62,487 nt of DNA from a virus. The notes below the pieces were generated by a model. It was not told the origin of the DNA. It made no database searches and worked only from the letters and a program-made list of their open reading frames with translations. This document shows positions 18,404 through 24,954 of this stretch, one piece after another (within the stretch, counting starts at the first letter, position 1; each line of letters opens with the position of its first letter). The DNA lies in IMG/VR virus record IMGVR_UViG_3300045988_093152, positions 1 to 62,487 of that record; one strand, given 5' to 3'. The position numbers and the translations under genes were made by a program.

Positions 18404-18736
18404 TTACTTCTCTTCAGAAGTTTCCTCAACGTCCTCGTCAGGAACGTCCACCTGTGCAGAATCGACATTCTCGATCTTCCAGGGCTTCTGCCAGACGATC
18501 TTCTTCTTGGTCTTCGGCTTCTCCTCGTCCTTGTTCTGCTTCTTGGCCTTGTGCTTCCGGTACAGTCCGTATCCCACGGCTGCAACCAGACCCACAGCAC
18601 CAACAGCGAGACCAATGCCCGAGCTGTTGCTCGAAGTTTCCTCGTTATCGATCATCTGAACATTCTCCTCCGGAACGACCTCAACAGAAGTCTCGTTCTC
18701 CATAGTAGTTTCGTTCATGTTCGTCATTTCGTCCAT
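18404..18736 (-). CDS. single-pass membrane protein with acidic ends
   Basis: ATG at 18736 after AAAGAGG. TM segment GIGLAVGAVGLVAAVGYGLY. Confidence 0.6.
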   Translation of the reverse strand: MDEMTNMNETTMENETSVEVVPEENVQMIDNEETSSNSSGIGLAVGAVGLVAAVGYGLYRKHKAKKQNKDEEKPKTKKKIVWQKPWKIENVDSAQVDVPDEDVEETSEEK

Positions 18737-18783
18737 TTTTGTTACCTCTTTCTTAAATATAAGTTTATAATGTCGGAGTATTA

Positions 18784-18812
18784 CCTCCATAAAGGAAGCT
18801 GAATTTTTCGCG
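18784..18812 (-). promoter_or_regulatory. P-motif, copy 2
   Basis: CGCGAAAAATTCAGCTTCCTTTATGGAGG. Confidence 0.55.
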
Positions 18813-18824
18813 CCTGGTCAAATA

Positions 18825-19610
18825 TCAATAGCCGCCCAGCCACTTCGGAGGCGTGTGATACTCCAGCGTCAGACAGGGCATTCCATCCTCGTCCAGCCGG
18901 GACGCATAGAAAATATCAACGTTAAGCCCCGAATCCGTGTCCCAGCCCAGCAGGTCACCGTTGACGCAGTGGTCGATGCCCAGATAGTCGAACAGATCAT
19001 TCTCGCTCACCCGGAAGTCACTGAGCAGCTGTTTGTTGACCCCATTGACGGCCTTTTCGATCATGGCCTTGGTCGTCCAGAAGTAGGTGTTGGTCAGGCT
19101 TTCCCAGCACTTCACCCGCTGGTCATAGGAAACATCGGTCGTGGCAAGGCCCTTGGCAGACTGGATGGTTGCCGGTTCGGGGCACTTGGCCATCTTTTCC
19201 AGCGCAATAGTCTCCCGGATCTCCTGTTCCTTCTCGGGGCCGATGGCCTCCAGCACCTTGTCCTGATAGGTCTTGAGCGCGCTCTCAGAAAGGGTGCACG
19301 CCGCGGCCAGTGCAGCATTCCGCCGCTCGTCCACATGGACTGCGCCAATGACACAGCCCGCAGACAGCACCATGCTCAGCGCAGTCGGCACATACACCGG
19401 GCCTGCCGTCTTGACAATGGTCTTCACGTCCAGCTTTTCCACGCCCAGCTCCTGCTTTTTCTCGTCCAGCAGGATCATAGCCTTAGGGGTCGCGGTCACA
19501 GCGAAATAGACCGCCGTAATGCTTCCCGTGATCGCCAGACCACCCAGGATCTTGGATGCGTTCTTGCCTGCGCTCCTGCGCACTGCCTTTGCAAATGTTT
19601 TCAGGTTCAT
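18825..19610 (-). CDS. two-TM protein, paralog B
   Basis: See 16707..17693. GDLLGWDTD C-terminal motif. Confidence 0.7.
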   Translation of the reverse strand: MNLKTFAKAVRRSAGKNASKILGGLAITGSITAVYFAVTATPKAMILLDEKKQELGVEKLDVKTIVKTAGPVYVPTALSMVLSAGCVIGAVHVDERRNAALAAACTLSESALKTYQDKVLEAIGPEKEQEIRETIALEKMAKCPEPATIQSAKGLATTDVSYDQRVKCWESLTNTYFWTTKAMIEKAVNGVNKQLLSDFRVSENDLFDYLGIDHCVNGDLLGWDTDSGLNVDIFYASRLDEDGMPCLTLEYHTPPKWLGGY

Positions 19611-19631
19611 GTTCGTACCTCCAAAAATTTA

Positions 19632-19666
19632 TAAAAAGAAAGAGCCTACGATTTCTCGTAAGCTCT
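19632..19666 (-). terminator. rho-independent terminator, conserved hairpin family (variant stem)
   Basis: AGAGCTTACG-AGAAAT-CGTAGGCTCT plus a T-run. Confidence 0.7.
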
Positions 19667-19672
19667 CGCCTT

Positions 19673-19897
19673 TCAGATATGTCCGTGCTGCTTCAAATTC
19701 TCGAAGCGAATTTCTGTTTCACGCTGATCATCGCGTTCCAGTTGGATCTGGTAACAGATATACTCGTACAGTCTGGTCGGCTGCTTCTTCAGATAGTGAT
19801 ACAGCCCCGTAAAGCCGTATCCTACTGAACGTGCAACTGCCTTCAGTACGCGTACCATTGCCTTGTCCATCTTTGCATAATAGTCGTGATCGTACAT
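19673..19897 (-). CDS. hypothetical protein
   Basis: ATG at 19897 in the context GGGGATTGATATTTATG. Confidence 0.5.
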   Translation of the reverse strand: MYDHDYYAKMDKAMVRVLKAVARSVGYGFTGLYHYLKKQPTRLYEYICYQIQLERDDQRETEIRFENLKQHGHI

Positions 19898-19934
19898 AAA
19901 TATCAATCCCCTTTGTTTGTCAGTTTGGATACCT

Positions 19935-19963
19935 CTTCCATAAGGGAGACTGTATTTTTCGCG
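19935..19963 (-). promoter_or_regulatory. P-motif, copy 3
   Basis: CGCGAAAAATACAGTCTCCCTTATGGAAG. Confidence 0.55.
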
Positions 19964-19964
19964 T

Positions 19965-20129
19965 TTACAGGTTCTTTTCCGCAAGCTGACGCTGAACTTC
20001 CTCCCGCACCATGTCCTGCATTTCCTCTTCGCTGCGCTGCTCCTCGATCAGGTCGTGGCCAAAGCTCAGGATTGCGCTTGCAGCCATCATTGCCACGGAT
20101 GCAACTTTCCACCAATTGATCTTCTTCAT
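19965..20129 (-). CDS. small membrane protein (54 aa, below the track cutoff)
   Basis: GGAGACTGATATTTTATG; MKKINWWKVASVAMMAASAILSFGHDLIEEQRSEEEM... Confidence 0.5.
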   Translation of the reverse strand: MKKINWWKVASVAMMAASAILSFGHDLIEEQRSEEEMQDMVREEVQRQLAEKNL

Positions 20130-20154
20130 AAAATATCAGTCTCCTTTTCAAAAT

Positions 20155-20964
20155 TCAAAACGGTTCCCGTCTGGTCGGGTCGTAATCCAGATACTCTTTG
20201 ATCGGCTCCTGGAATGCTGTCACATAGTACACTTCCAGTCCATCATCCGTTGTCTGCCGGGCATAGTTGAAGTCGATCCAGTAATATTCCCACTCGTTGC
20301 TCAGATACTCCGCGCACCAGCCCAGCATATCTCCTTCCGGTATAAAGTCCAGTCCGGGCAGGAAGGAGTAGAAGTCATTCAGCGAGACTTCTCCATTCAA
20401 CGCAAAGTTCCGGTTCACGTTGTAGAAGGCATCCATCAGCTCCGTTTCCGTTGCATGGAAATATCTTTTTGAGATAGGCTCGTAACAGAGCAGCTTTTCT
20501 TCGTCTGTGCCTGCCGGGGTGGGGGTCTCCAGAACATCCTGCGTGTCCTTGTAAATATCTTTTTCTTCTTCCACGCCGATCCGCTCTGCCACCTGCCTGC
20601 GATACTCCTGATAGGTCTTTCCCAGCGCCATATACGCCGCGGTCAGGCCTGCGATCTGCTTTTTGTTCAGCGCGTTGGAGCCCAGGATGCAGGCAATGGT
20701 ACCGCTGCCAAGAATCGCAGCCGGAACGTATGCTTTCCAGCACATCTGAACAATTTGTTTCTTTGTCGGAGGCTCTTCTGTCACTCCAAACTCGTTTTCG
20801 TTGAACTTTGTCAGCTCCTTGTCAACTTCAAGTATATGCTGCGCCTTCGTAGTCGCCCGCCCGGTCTCGATGGCCGTTGCCACCACGCCTACAGATGCCG
20901 CCACCGCCAGAATAGTCCCGCCGTGCTTGCGCAGGAATTTCGCGCATGTTTTCGTCAGTTTCAT
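20155..20964 (-). CDS. two-TM protein, paralog C
   Basis: See 16707..17693. GDMLGWCAEY motif. Confidence 0.7.
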   Translation of the reverse strand: MKLTKTCAKFLRKHGGTILAVAASVGVVATAIETGRATTKAQHILEVDKELTKFNENEFGVTEEPPTKKQIVQMCWKAYVPAAILGSGTIACILGSNALNKKQIAGLTAAYMALGKTYQEYRRQVAERIGVEEEKDIYKDTQDVLETPTPAGTDEEKLLCYEPISKRYFHATETELMDAFYNVNRNFALNGEVSLNDFYSFLPGLDFIPEGDMLGWCAEYLSNEWEYYWIDFNYARQTTDDGLEVYYVTAFQEPIKEYLDYDPTRREPF

Positions 20965-20990
20965 TGTTCAACCTCCCATCACAAAATGAT

Positions 20991-21191
20991 TTAGCCATAG
21001 AGAATCTCGTAAAGCCGATTGGATGCGCTCAGATAGTTTTCATAAATATCTGCGTCCGCACACATGCTCATGTAGTCCTCCGCGTTTTCCACCTTGGAAT
21101 AGACCTGCTCAAGGTTTTCTTTGAGCGCCTGAAGTTCGCTCTTCATTGCCGGGTCCGTGCAGCGCTGAACGATGTCATCCATTGTTTTCAT
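20991..21191 (-). CDS. hypothetical protein
   Basis: 66-aa ORF. Upstream context is TTCAAAATGGAGG-N9-ATG. Confidence 0.55.
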   Translation of the reverse strand: MKTMDDIVQRCTDPAMKSELQALKENLEQVYSKVENAEDYMSMCADADIYENYLSASNRLYEILYG

Positions 21192-21211
21192 GATGTTTAA
21201 CCTCCATTTTG

Positions 21212-21246
21212 AAAAAAGAAAGAGCCGCAGATTTCTCCACGGCTCT
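21212..21246 (-). terminator. rho-independent terminator, conserved hairpin family
   Basis: AGAGCCGTGG-AGAAAT-CTGCGGCTCT plus a T-run. Confidence 0.7.
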
Positions 21247-21267
21247 AGCTTTAATGATTAGCTCGTA

Positions 21268-21486
21268 TTAACGTTCCATAAAGTCCGTATCTACTAAATC
21301 ATATTCCACATCATGGTCGTTGGAATTGCCGATAAATATCGAAAACGCCTTATCAAGGTCGGTAAAGTCGCACACTGCAATTTCATTATTTTTGAATGCA
21401 GGTGAGCCAACCAGTGCCTCGCACATGCGATCACGAAATTTAGCCATTTCCTCAGGATTTTTGCATTTGATGTTCAAAACGATCAT
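21268..21486 (-). CDS. hypothetical protein
   Basis: ATG at 21486 after TTGGAGG. Confidence 0.55.
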   Translation of the reverse strand: MIVLNIKCKNPEEMAKFRDRMCEALVGSPAFKNNEIAVCDFTDLDKAFSIFIGNSNDHDVEYDLVDTDFMER

Positions 21487-21523
21487 AGTTTCGTACCTCC
21501 AAAATATAATTCTGAGACTGATC

Positions 21524-21552
21524 ATCTCATAAAGCACCATGAAAATTTCGCG
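21524..21552 (-). promoter_or_regulatory. P-motif, copy 11
   Basis: CGCGAAATTTTCATGGTGCTTTATGAGAT. Confidence 0.5.
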
Positions 21553-21777
21553 TCAGATCACATCAGCCTTCTTGAGAATATCCATCAGCTGCGCCTTGGT
21601 CATCTCTGCATCCACTACAAGATGGATTTTCAACTTCTGCTCTTTTTCGCTCCAGTTCGCCTGAACCTCGCCCAGCTGTACCTCTGTACCGGGTAACTGC
21701 TTTTTCAGTATCTTGTTGATGACCTGCGAGATGATGCGGCGCAGAAAACTCGACCGAATCAGCATAATGTCCTCCAT
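21553..21777 (-). CDS. hypothetical protein
   Basis: 74-aa ORF, TTGGAGG SD. Confidence 0.55.
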   Translation of the reverse strand: MEDIMLIRSSFLRRIISQVINKILKKQLPGTEVQLGEVQANWSEKEQKLKIHLVVDAEMTKAQLMDILKKADVI

Positions 21778-21806
21778 AATCGTTCAACCTCCAAAAATAA
21801 AAATGA

Positions 21807-21876
21807 AAAAGAGAATGGGCCTCGAACCCATAACCTCCACAATAAAGTGGCGCTCTACCATTTGAGCTATCTCCTC
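21807..21876 (-). tRNA. tRNA-like gene with canonical acceptor, D- and T-arms but a shortened, non-canonical anticodon arm (identity not assignable)
   Basis: GAGGAGA-TA-GCTC-AAATGGTA-GAGC-G-CCAC-TTTATT-GTGG-AGGTT-ATGGG-TTCGAGG-CCCAT-TCTCTTT. There are 20 nt where a normal tRNA has 22-23. Its 5' end lies inside P-motif 4 and a T-run follows. Confidence 0.55.
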
Positions 21877-21901
21877 CATAAGGGAACATGAATTTTTCGC
21901 G
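21873..21901 (-). promoter_or_regulatory. P-motif, copy 4 (drives the tRNA-like gene)
   Basis: CGCGAAAAATTCATGTTCCCTTATGGAGG. Confidence 0.55.
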
Positions 21902-21902
21902 T

Positions 21903-22127
21903 TTACTTGATTCTTTTGACCGTCACTGTATATTCAAGCTTCATAGGATTGCCGGAAGCATCTTTACAAGAGAAAACATTACCAGTAAAACTAAGCTGGG
22001 CAGTGGAATTTTTACACAGGATATTCATTACAGTTCTATCTTTAAGTACTGCAATTTTGAAAATATCTGCGAGTTTTTCAAAATCATTCATAATACGATT
22101 AGCCTCGAACATATTTGCATTTGACAT
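21903..22127 (-). CDS. hypothetical protein
   Basis: 74-aa ORF, GGGAGG SD. Confidence 0.55.
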   Translation of the reverse strand: MSNANMFEANRIMNDFEKLADIFKIAVLKDRTVMNILCKNSTAQLSFTGNVFSCKDASGNPMKLEYTVTVKRIK

Positions 22128-22154
22128 AGTTACTACCTCCCATATTGTGGTTTA

Positions 22155-22189
22155 CAAAAATAAAGAGCCTACGATTTCTCGTAAGCTCT
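22155..22189 (-). terminator. rho-independent terminator, conserved hairpin family (variant stem)
   Basis: AGAGCTTACG-AGAAAT-CGTAGGCTCT plus a T-run. Confidence 0.7.
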
Positions 22190-22199
22190 TCTCTTTGGC

Positions 22200-22481
22200 T
22201 TATCGCCAATCAGGATGTTTCTTCAATGTAGCTAAATATTTGCATTGTGCTTCCTTAAGATACAATTCTTTGTAATATGCTTTCCATTCCGTGTGAATAT
22301 CATCCGGAAATACAATATCGTTTTCTTCAATAACATCAAGCATAATCTCGATTTGCTTTTTCTTTTCATCTCGGATTTTTATTCCGTTATCAAACTTCTT
22401 TATTGTATCTCTTGATAGTCCAGTCATTTCAACCATATGACAAAGAAATATATTCCTTTGTTCTTTCAGCTCTTTCAGCAT
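22200..22481 (-). CDS. putative helix-turn-helix DNA-binding protein
   Basis: ATG at 22481 after GAGGTG. FLCHMVEMTGLSRDTIKKFDNG resembles an XRE-type HTH. Confidence 0.5.
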   Translation of the reverse strand: MLKELKEQRNIFLCHMVEMTGLSRDTIKKFDNGIKIRDEKKKQIEIMLDVIEENDIVFPDDIHTEWKAYYKELYLKEAQCKYLATLKKHPDWR

Positions 22482-22488
22482 ACATATC

Positions 22489-22517
22489 ACCTCATAAAGT
22501 AAGGAGAATTTTTCGCG
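22489..22517 (-). promoter_or_regulatory. P-motif, copy 5
   Basis: CGCGAAAAATTCTCCTTACTTTATGAGGT. Confidence 0.5.
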
Positions 22518-22524
22518 TTTGGGC

Positions 22525-22559
22525 AAAAAGAAAAGAGCCTACGATCTCTCGTAAGCTCT
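22525..22559 (-). terminator. rho-independent terminator, conserved hairpin family (variant)
   Basis: AGAGCTTACG-AGAGAT-CGTAGGCTCT plus a T-run. Confidence 0.7.
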
Positions 22560-22564
22560 CTTAC

Positions 22565-22804
22565 TCATTTAGTGAAAACCGTTATGATTTCTTTATCTTC
22601 GTCGAAATGCTTCATAAGTTCATTGAATTCTTTTTCGCTGCAATGCGCATCAAATATAAAACTTGTAACACCTGTGTGCTTATTTTCAAAGTAACCATAC
22701 CGCTCAATATAAGCGCCCAGTTGTTTTGCTTCTTCTTTGATTCGTTCGCCGCAGCATGCCCTGCAATGAACTCTGAAATACTTTTCAACGTTAATAAGTA
22801 CCAT
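22565..22804 (-). CDS. hypothetical CxxC protein
   Basis: 79-aa ORF. The GGAGG of P-motif 6 serves as its SD. Confidence 0.55.
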   Translation of the reverse strand: MVLINVEKYFRVHCRACCGERIKEEAKQLGAYIERYGYFENKHTGVTSFIFDAHCSEKEFNELMKHFDEDKEIITVFTK

Positions 22805-22958
22805 TCTTAATCACCTCCATAATATAAGCTGATTTTATCGCGTTTATTCTTTGTTTCTCTCTGGCTAACCAGGCAAGATAGTCATTGGTTTCGAGCTCCG
22901 CTGTATCATGTGCTTCATGTTTTTCAATTATTATAGTTCCATCATTATGCTCGTGCAT
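22791..22958 (-). CDS. hypothetical protein (55 aa, below the track cutoff)
   Basis: AAAGGAGAAATATT-ATG; MHEHNDGTIIIEKHEAHDTAELETNDYLAWLAREKQ.... Its 3' end spans P-motif 6. Confidence 0.4.
   Translation of the reverse strand: MHEHNDGTIIIEKHEAHDTAELETNDYLAWLAREKQRINAIKSAYIMEVIKNGTY
22814..22842 (-). promoter_or_regulatory. P-motif, copy 6
   Basis: CGCGATAAAATCAGCTTATATTATGGAGG. Confidence 0.5.
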
Positions 22959-22973
22959 AATATTTCTCCTTTG

Positions 22974-23336
22974 TCAGATCAAACTCCGATCAAACACGGT
23001 TTCCCAGCGTTCTTTCTTGAGGGGCTTCATGCGCAGTGCCCACATGATCTGCCGTACGGTCACAGTCGGGTACTCGCCCTTTGCGTTTTTCTTCTTGGCG
23101 TGACTATCAAAATATTGCCGGAACCCTTCATGCAAATAGATCTTGTCGGTCAGCCAGGGGTCAATGGCGCTCCAGTAAGTAGCCTTGGTTTTCTCGTTGT
23201 ACCGCTGCTGGATCACGCACAGGCCTTTCCCCTGTTCCCGGTAGAGCGTGCAGACACGGTACACCGGGTGATTGCACCGGTAAACGCTCCCGTAATAGCT
23301 CGTCCACTCTTTTGGCGGTATGTCGTGATATCTCAT
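22974..23336 (-). CDS. hypothetical protein (start uncertain; no SD before ATG 23336)
   Basis: ORF track 22974..23432. The region upstream of 23336 forms the terminator hairpin. Confidence 0.5.
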   Translation of the reverse strand: MRYHDIPPKEWTSYYGSVYRCNHPVYRVCTLYREQGKGLCVIQQRYNEKTKATYWSAIDPWLTDKIYLHEGFRQYFDSHAKKKNAKGEYPTVTVRQIMWALRMKPLKKERWETVFDRSLI

Positions 23337-23374
23337 AAAAAATAAAGAGAGCCCGCAGCTTTCGCCACGAACTC
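23337..23374 (-). terminator. rho-independent terminator (10-bp stem, CGAAAG loop variant)
   Basis: GAGTTCGTGG-CGAAAG-CTGCGGGCTC plus TCTTTATTTTTT. Confidence 0.55.
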
Positions 23375-23388
23375 CCTCGGTTCCTCCT

Positions 23389-23793
23389 TTACTTTCTATC
23401 CGTAAAGCCTCTCTTGATCTCATGGAGACCATCGTTCATTGCTCTGGAAAGCGGCGCTACACCGCCAGCCTCGCAGATCGACCAGTATACCGTCGTGCCA
23501 ATCGTTCCCAAAAACGTCAGGCAGCTGATGCCAAACTTCGCCCACTCAATGCGCCGTGCCTTCGCAGCCTTCTCCTGATCGTTGATGACCTCCTGGCCCT
23601 TCCGCCGTTCCTCATCCTCTTTCAGGTTCTGGTCGCTCTCCTGCGCCTCGCTCTTGATTTGCATCTCGTACAGCTGCAATGCCGCCTTCGCTGTCTTTTC
23701 GTAATCCTCCGTACCCGGTTCCAGATCCTTCAGCTTGGCGAGCGATTGCTTTGCCGCTTCCTTCAGCAATTCTTTGTTTTCATAGTTTTCCAT
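23389..23793 (-). CDS. coiled-coil protein with C-terminal TM segment
   Basis: ATG at 23793 within GGAGAAAATCAAAATGGAA. TM segment FGISCLTFLGTIGTTVYW. Confidence 0.55.
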   Translation of the reverse strand: MENYENKELLKEAAKQSLAKLKDLEPGTEDYEKTAKAALQLYEMQIKSEAQESDQNLKEDEERRKGQEVINDQEKAAKARRIEWAKFGISCLTFLGTIGTTVYWSICEAGGVAPLSRAMNDGLHEIKRGFTDRK

Positions 23794-23828
23794 TTTGATT
23801 TTCTCCTTTACAAAGTAATTTAGAGTTT

Positions 23829-23857
23829 CCTCCATTAAGCACCATGTTTTTCTCGCG
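23829..23857 (-). promoter_or_regulatory. P-motif, copy 7
   Basis: CGCGAGAAAAACATGGTGCTTAATGGAGG. Confidence 0.5.
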
Positions 23858-24089
23858 TCAGGTCCAGCTTGTGCACCCGCAGTATGATGTACTTGTCGCC
23901 TTCAAAATTCTTCACCTCCTCATCCAGGCTCAGGCTCAGGTAGGGCCAGTCCGGGTTATCTTCATCGCCGATCAACAGCTCGCCCACCTCGTAAATATCA
24001 CGGTAATGGAACCAGCGGTAGAGTGCCATCCCGAAAAGTAGGCCCAGAATGATAGCAGCGAATAGGACAGCGTAGTAGATGTACAGCAT
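23835..24089 (-). CDS. small membrane protein
   Basis: N-terminal TM segment YAVLFAAIILGLLFGMALY, AAGGAG SD. Confidence 0.55.
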   Translation of the reverse strand: MLYIYYAVLFAAIILGLLFGMALYRWFHYRDIYEVGELLIGDEDNPDWPYLSLSLDEEVKNFEGDKYIILRVHKLDLTREKHGA

Positions 24090-24143
24090 TTTGATTTTCT
24101 CCTTTTTAATAATGTAGTTGATAAAACGGTCTTCTGCGTGATG

Positions 24144-24177
24144 AAAAATAAAGAGCCTACGATTTCTCGTAAGCTCT
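24144..24177 (-). terminator. rho-independent terminator, conserved hairpin family (variant stem)
   Basis: AGAGCTTACG-AGAAAT-CGTAGGCTCT plus a T-run. Confidence 0.7.
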
Positions 24178-24184
24178 CTACACC

Positions 24185-24418
24185 TTAGATGTCGTTGCGA
24201 ATCAGGAATAAGTCACCACGGCTGCAAGTAGCCCGTACAATTCCATTCGCCCGAATCAACGCAATCGCATTGGCGTAAGCTCCGCGTGCTGTCTGAGCGC
24301 TCTTATACTCGCCTGTATCAATGTACATAACTTTCTGATTGCTCTCAATAAACACCCGGATCTTATCCATCGCGTTCACATAGCCTCGGTCGTAATTTAC
24401 CTTTACTCGTTTGCCCAT
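24185..24418 (-). CDS. hypothetical protein
   Basis: 77-aa ORF, AAAGGAG SD. Confidence 0.55.
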   Translation of the reverse strand: MGKRVKVNYDRGYVNAMDKIRVFIESNQKVMYIDTGEYKSAQTARGAYANAIALIRANGIVRATCSRGDLFLIRNDI

Positions 24419-24454
24419 AATTTCAATCTCCTTTATTCATATTCGGAAGACATC

Positions 24455-24483
24455 CTTCCGTAAAGCACAAAGAAAATTTCGCG
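24455..24483 (-). promoter_or_regulatory. P-motif, copy 8
   Basis: CGCGAAATTTTCTTTGTGCTTTACGGAAG. Confidence 0.45.
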
Positions 24484-24497
24484 TTGAATCGTAACAG

Positions 24498-24513
24498 TCT
24501 ATTCTAGAATAGA
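24498..24513. promoter_or_regulatory. perfect 16-bp palindrome, operator-like
   Basis: TCTATTCTAGAATAGA. A CTAGAATAGA half-site recurs at 25749..25758 over the int promoter. Confidence 0.4.
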
Positions 24514-24544
24514 AAAAGAAAAGAGCTCAAGTTTCCTTGAGCCC
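24514..24544 (-). terminator. rho-independent terminator
   Basis: GGGCTCAAG-GAAA-CTTGAGCTC plus TTTTCTTTTT. Confidence 0.65.
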
Positions 24545-24563
24545 GTTTTCCGGTCAGAATCCA

Positions 24564-24710
24564 TTAGCGGATACCACACCGAACATCGTTCAGCATGAGG
24601 AATTCTTCGCCCTCATTCCAACCCGCATACTTGTCGTTGGACGATTCGTTAAATGCGGTCATAATAGAGTTCATCATTTCCTCAAAACCTTCAACAATAT
24701 TCTTCAGCAT
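24564..24710 (-). CDS. hypothetical acidic protein (48 aa, below the track cutoff)
   Basis: TAGGAGGTATTTACT-ATG; MLKNIVEGFEEMMNSIMTAFNESSNDKYAGWNEGEEF... Confidence 0.45.
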   Translation of the reverse strand: MLKNIVEGFEEMMNSIMTAFNESSNDKYAGWNEGEEFLMLNDVRCGIR

Positions 24711-24738
24711 AGTAAATACCTCCTAAAATTTGTTATTT

Positions 24739-24768
24739 CTTTCCATAATAGAAGGTGTATTTTTTCGC
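24739..24768 (-). promoter_or_regulatory. P-motif, copy 9
   Basis: CGCGAAAAAATACACCTTCTATTATGGAAA (spacing +1). Confidence 0.5.
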
Positions 24769-24772
24769 GCCG

Positions 24773-24925
24773 GAAAATAAAAAAGAAGAATGCTTGAGTT
24801 TTCAATCCCAAGTCATTGGATGAGTACCGTTTATTTTATGGAACGTTTCATTCCGTACTCGCATCGATGCCTATTTAAGTTGTCACAACTACCAATTATT
24901 CATTGGCTGACCAACACCCTTTATT
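24773..24925 (-). ncRNA. candidate non-coding RNA (P-motif-driven unit with no credible ORF)
   Basis: About 150 nt between P-motif 10 and a T-run. Only ORFs of 20 codons or fewer, none with an SD. Several local hairpins (CCAAT/ATTGG, GTTG/CAAC, GCATCGATGC, GGAA/TTCC). Confidence 0.35.
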
Positions 24926-24954
24926 CTTCCATAAAGGACCATGTATTTTTCGCG
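24926..24954 (-). promoter_or_regulatory. P-motif, copy 10
   Basis: CGCGAAAAATACATGGTCCTTTATGGAAG. Confidence 0.55.

Noticed and set aside
21563-21889. 108-aa ORF overlapping the tRNA-like gene and 21553..21777
   Set aside because: It runs through the tRNA-like structure and the P-motif in a different frame from the SD-preceded 74-aa gene, so it is most likely spurious.
5505-24177. Could the repeated ~26-nt hairpins be a CRISPR array or MITE-like repeats?
   Set aside because: Spacing is irregular (0.3 to 9 kb). Each copy sits at a gene end and is followed by a T-run, and the units between them are genes, not spacers. They behave as terminators.
18784-24954. P-motif as nothing more than an extended Shine-Dalgarno context
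   Set aside because: At 208 and 62274 the real SD and start lie 30-45 nt downstream. At 21873 the motif precedes an RNA gene, and at 24926 no ORF follows. The conserved CGCGAAAAAT block lies 20 nt upstream of the GGAGG at fixed distance.
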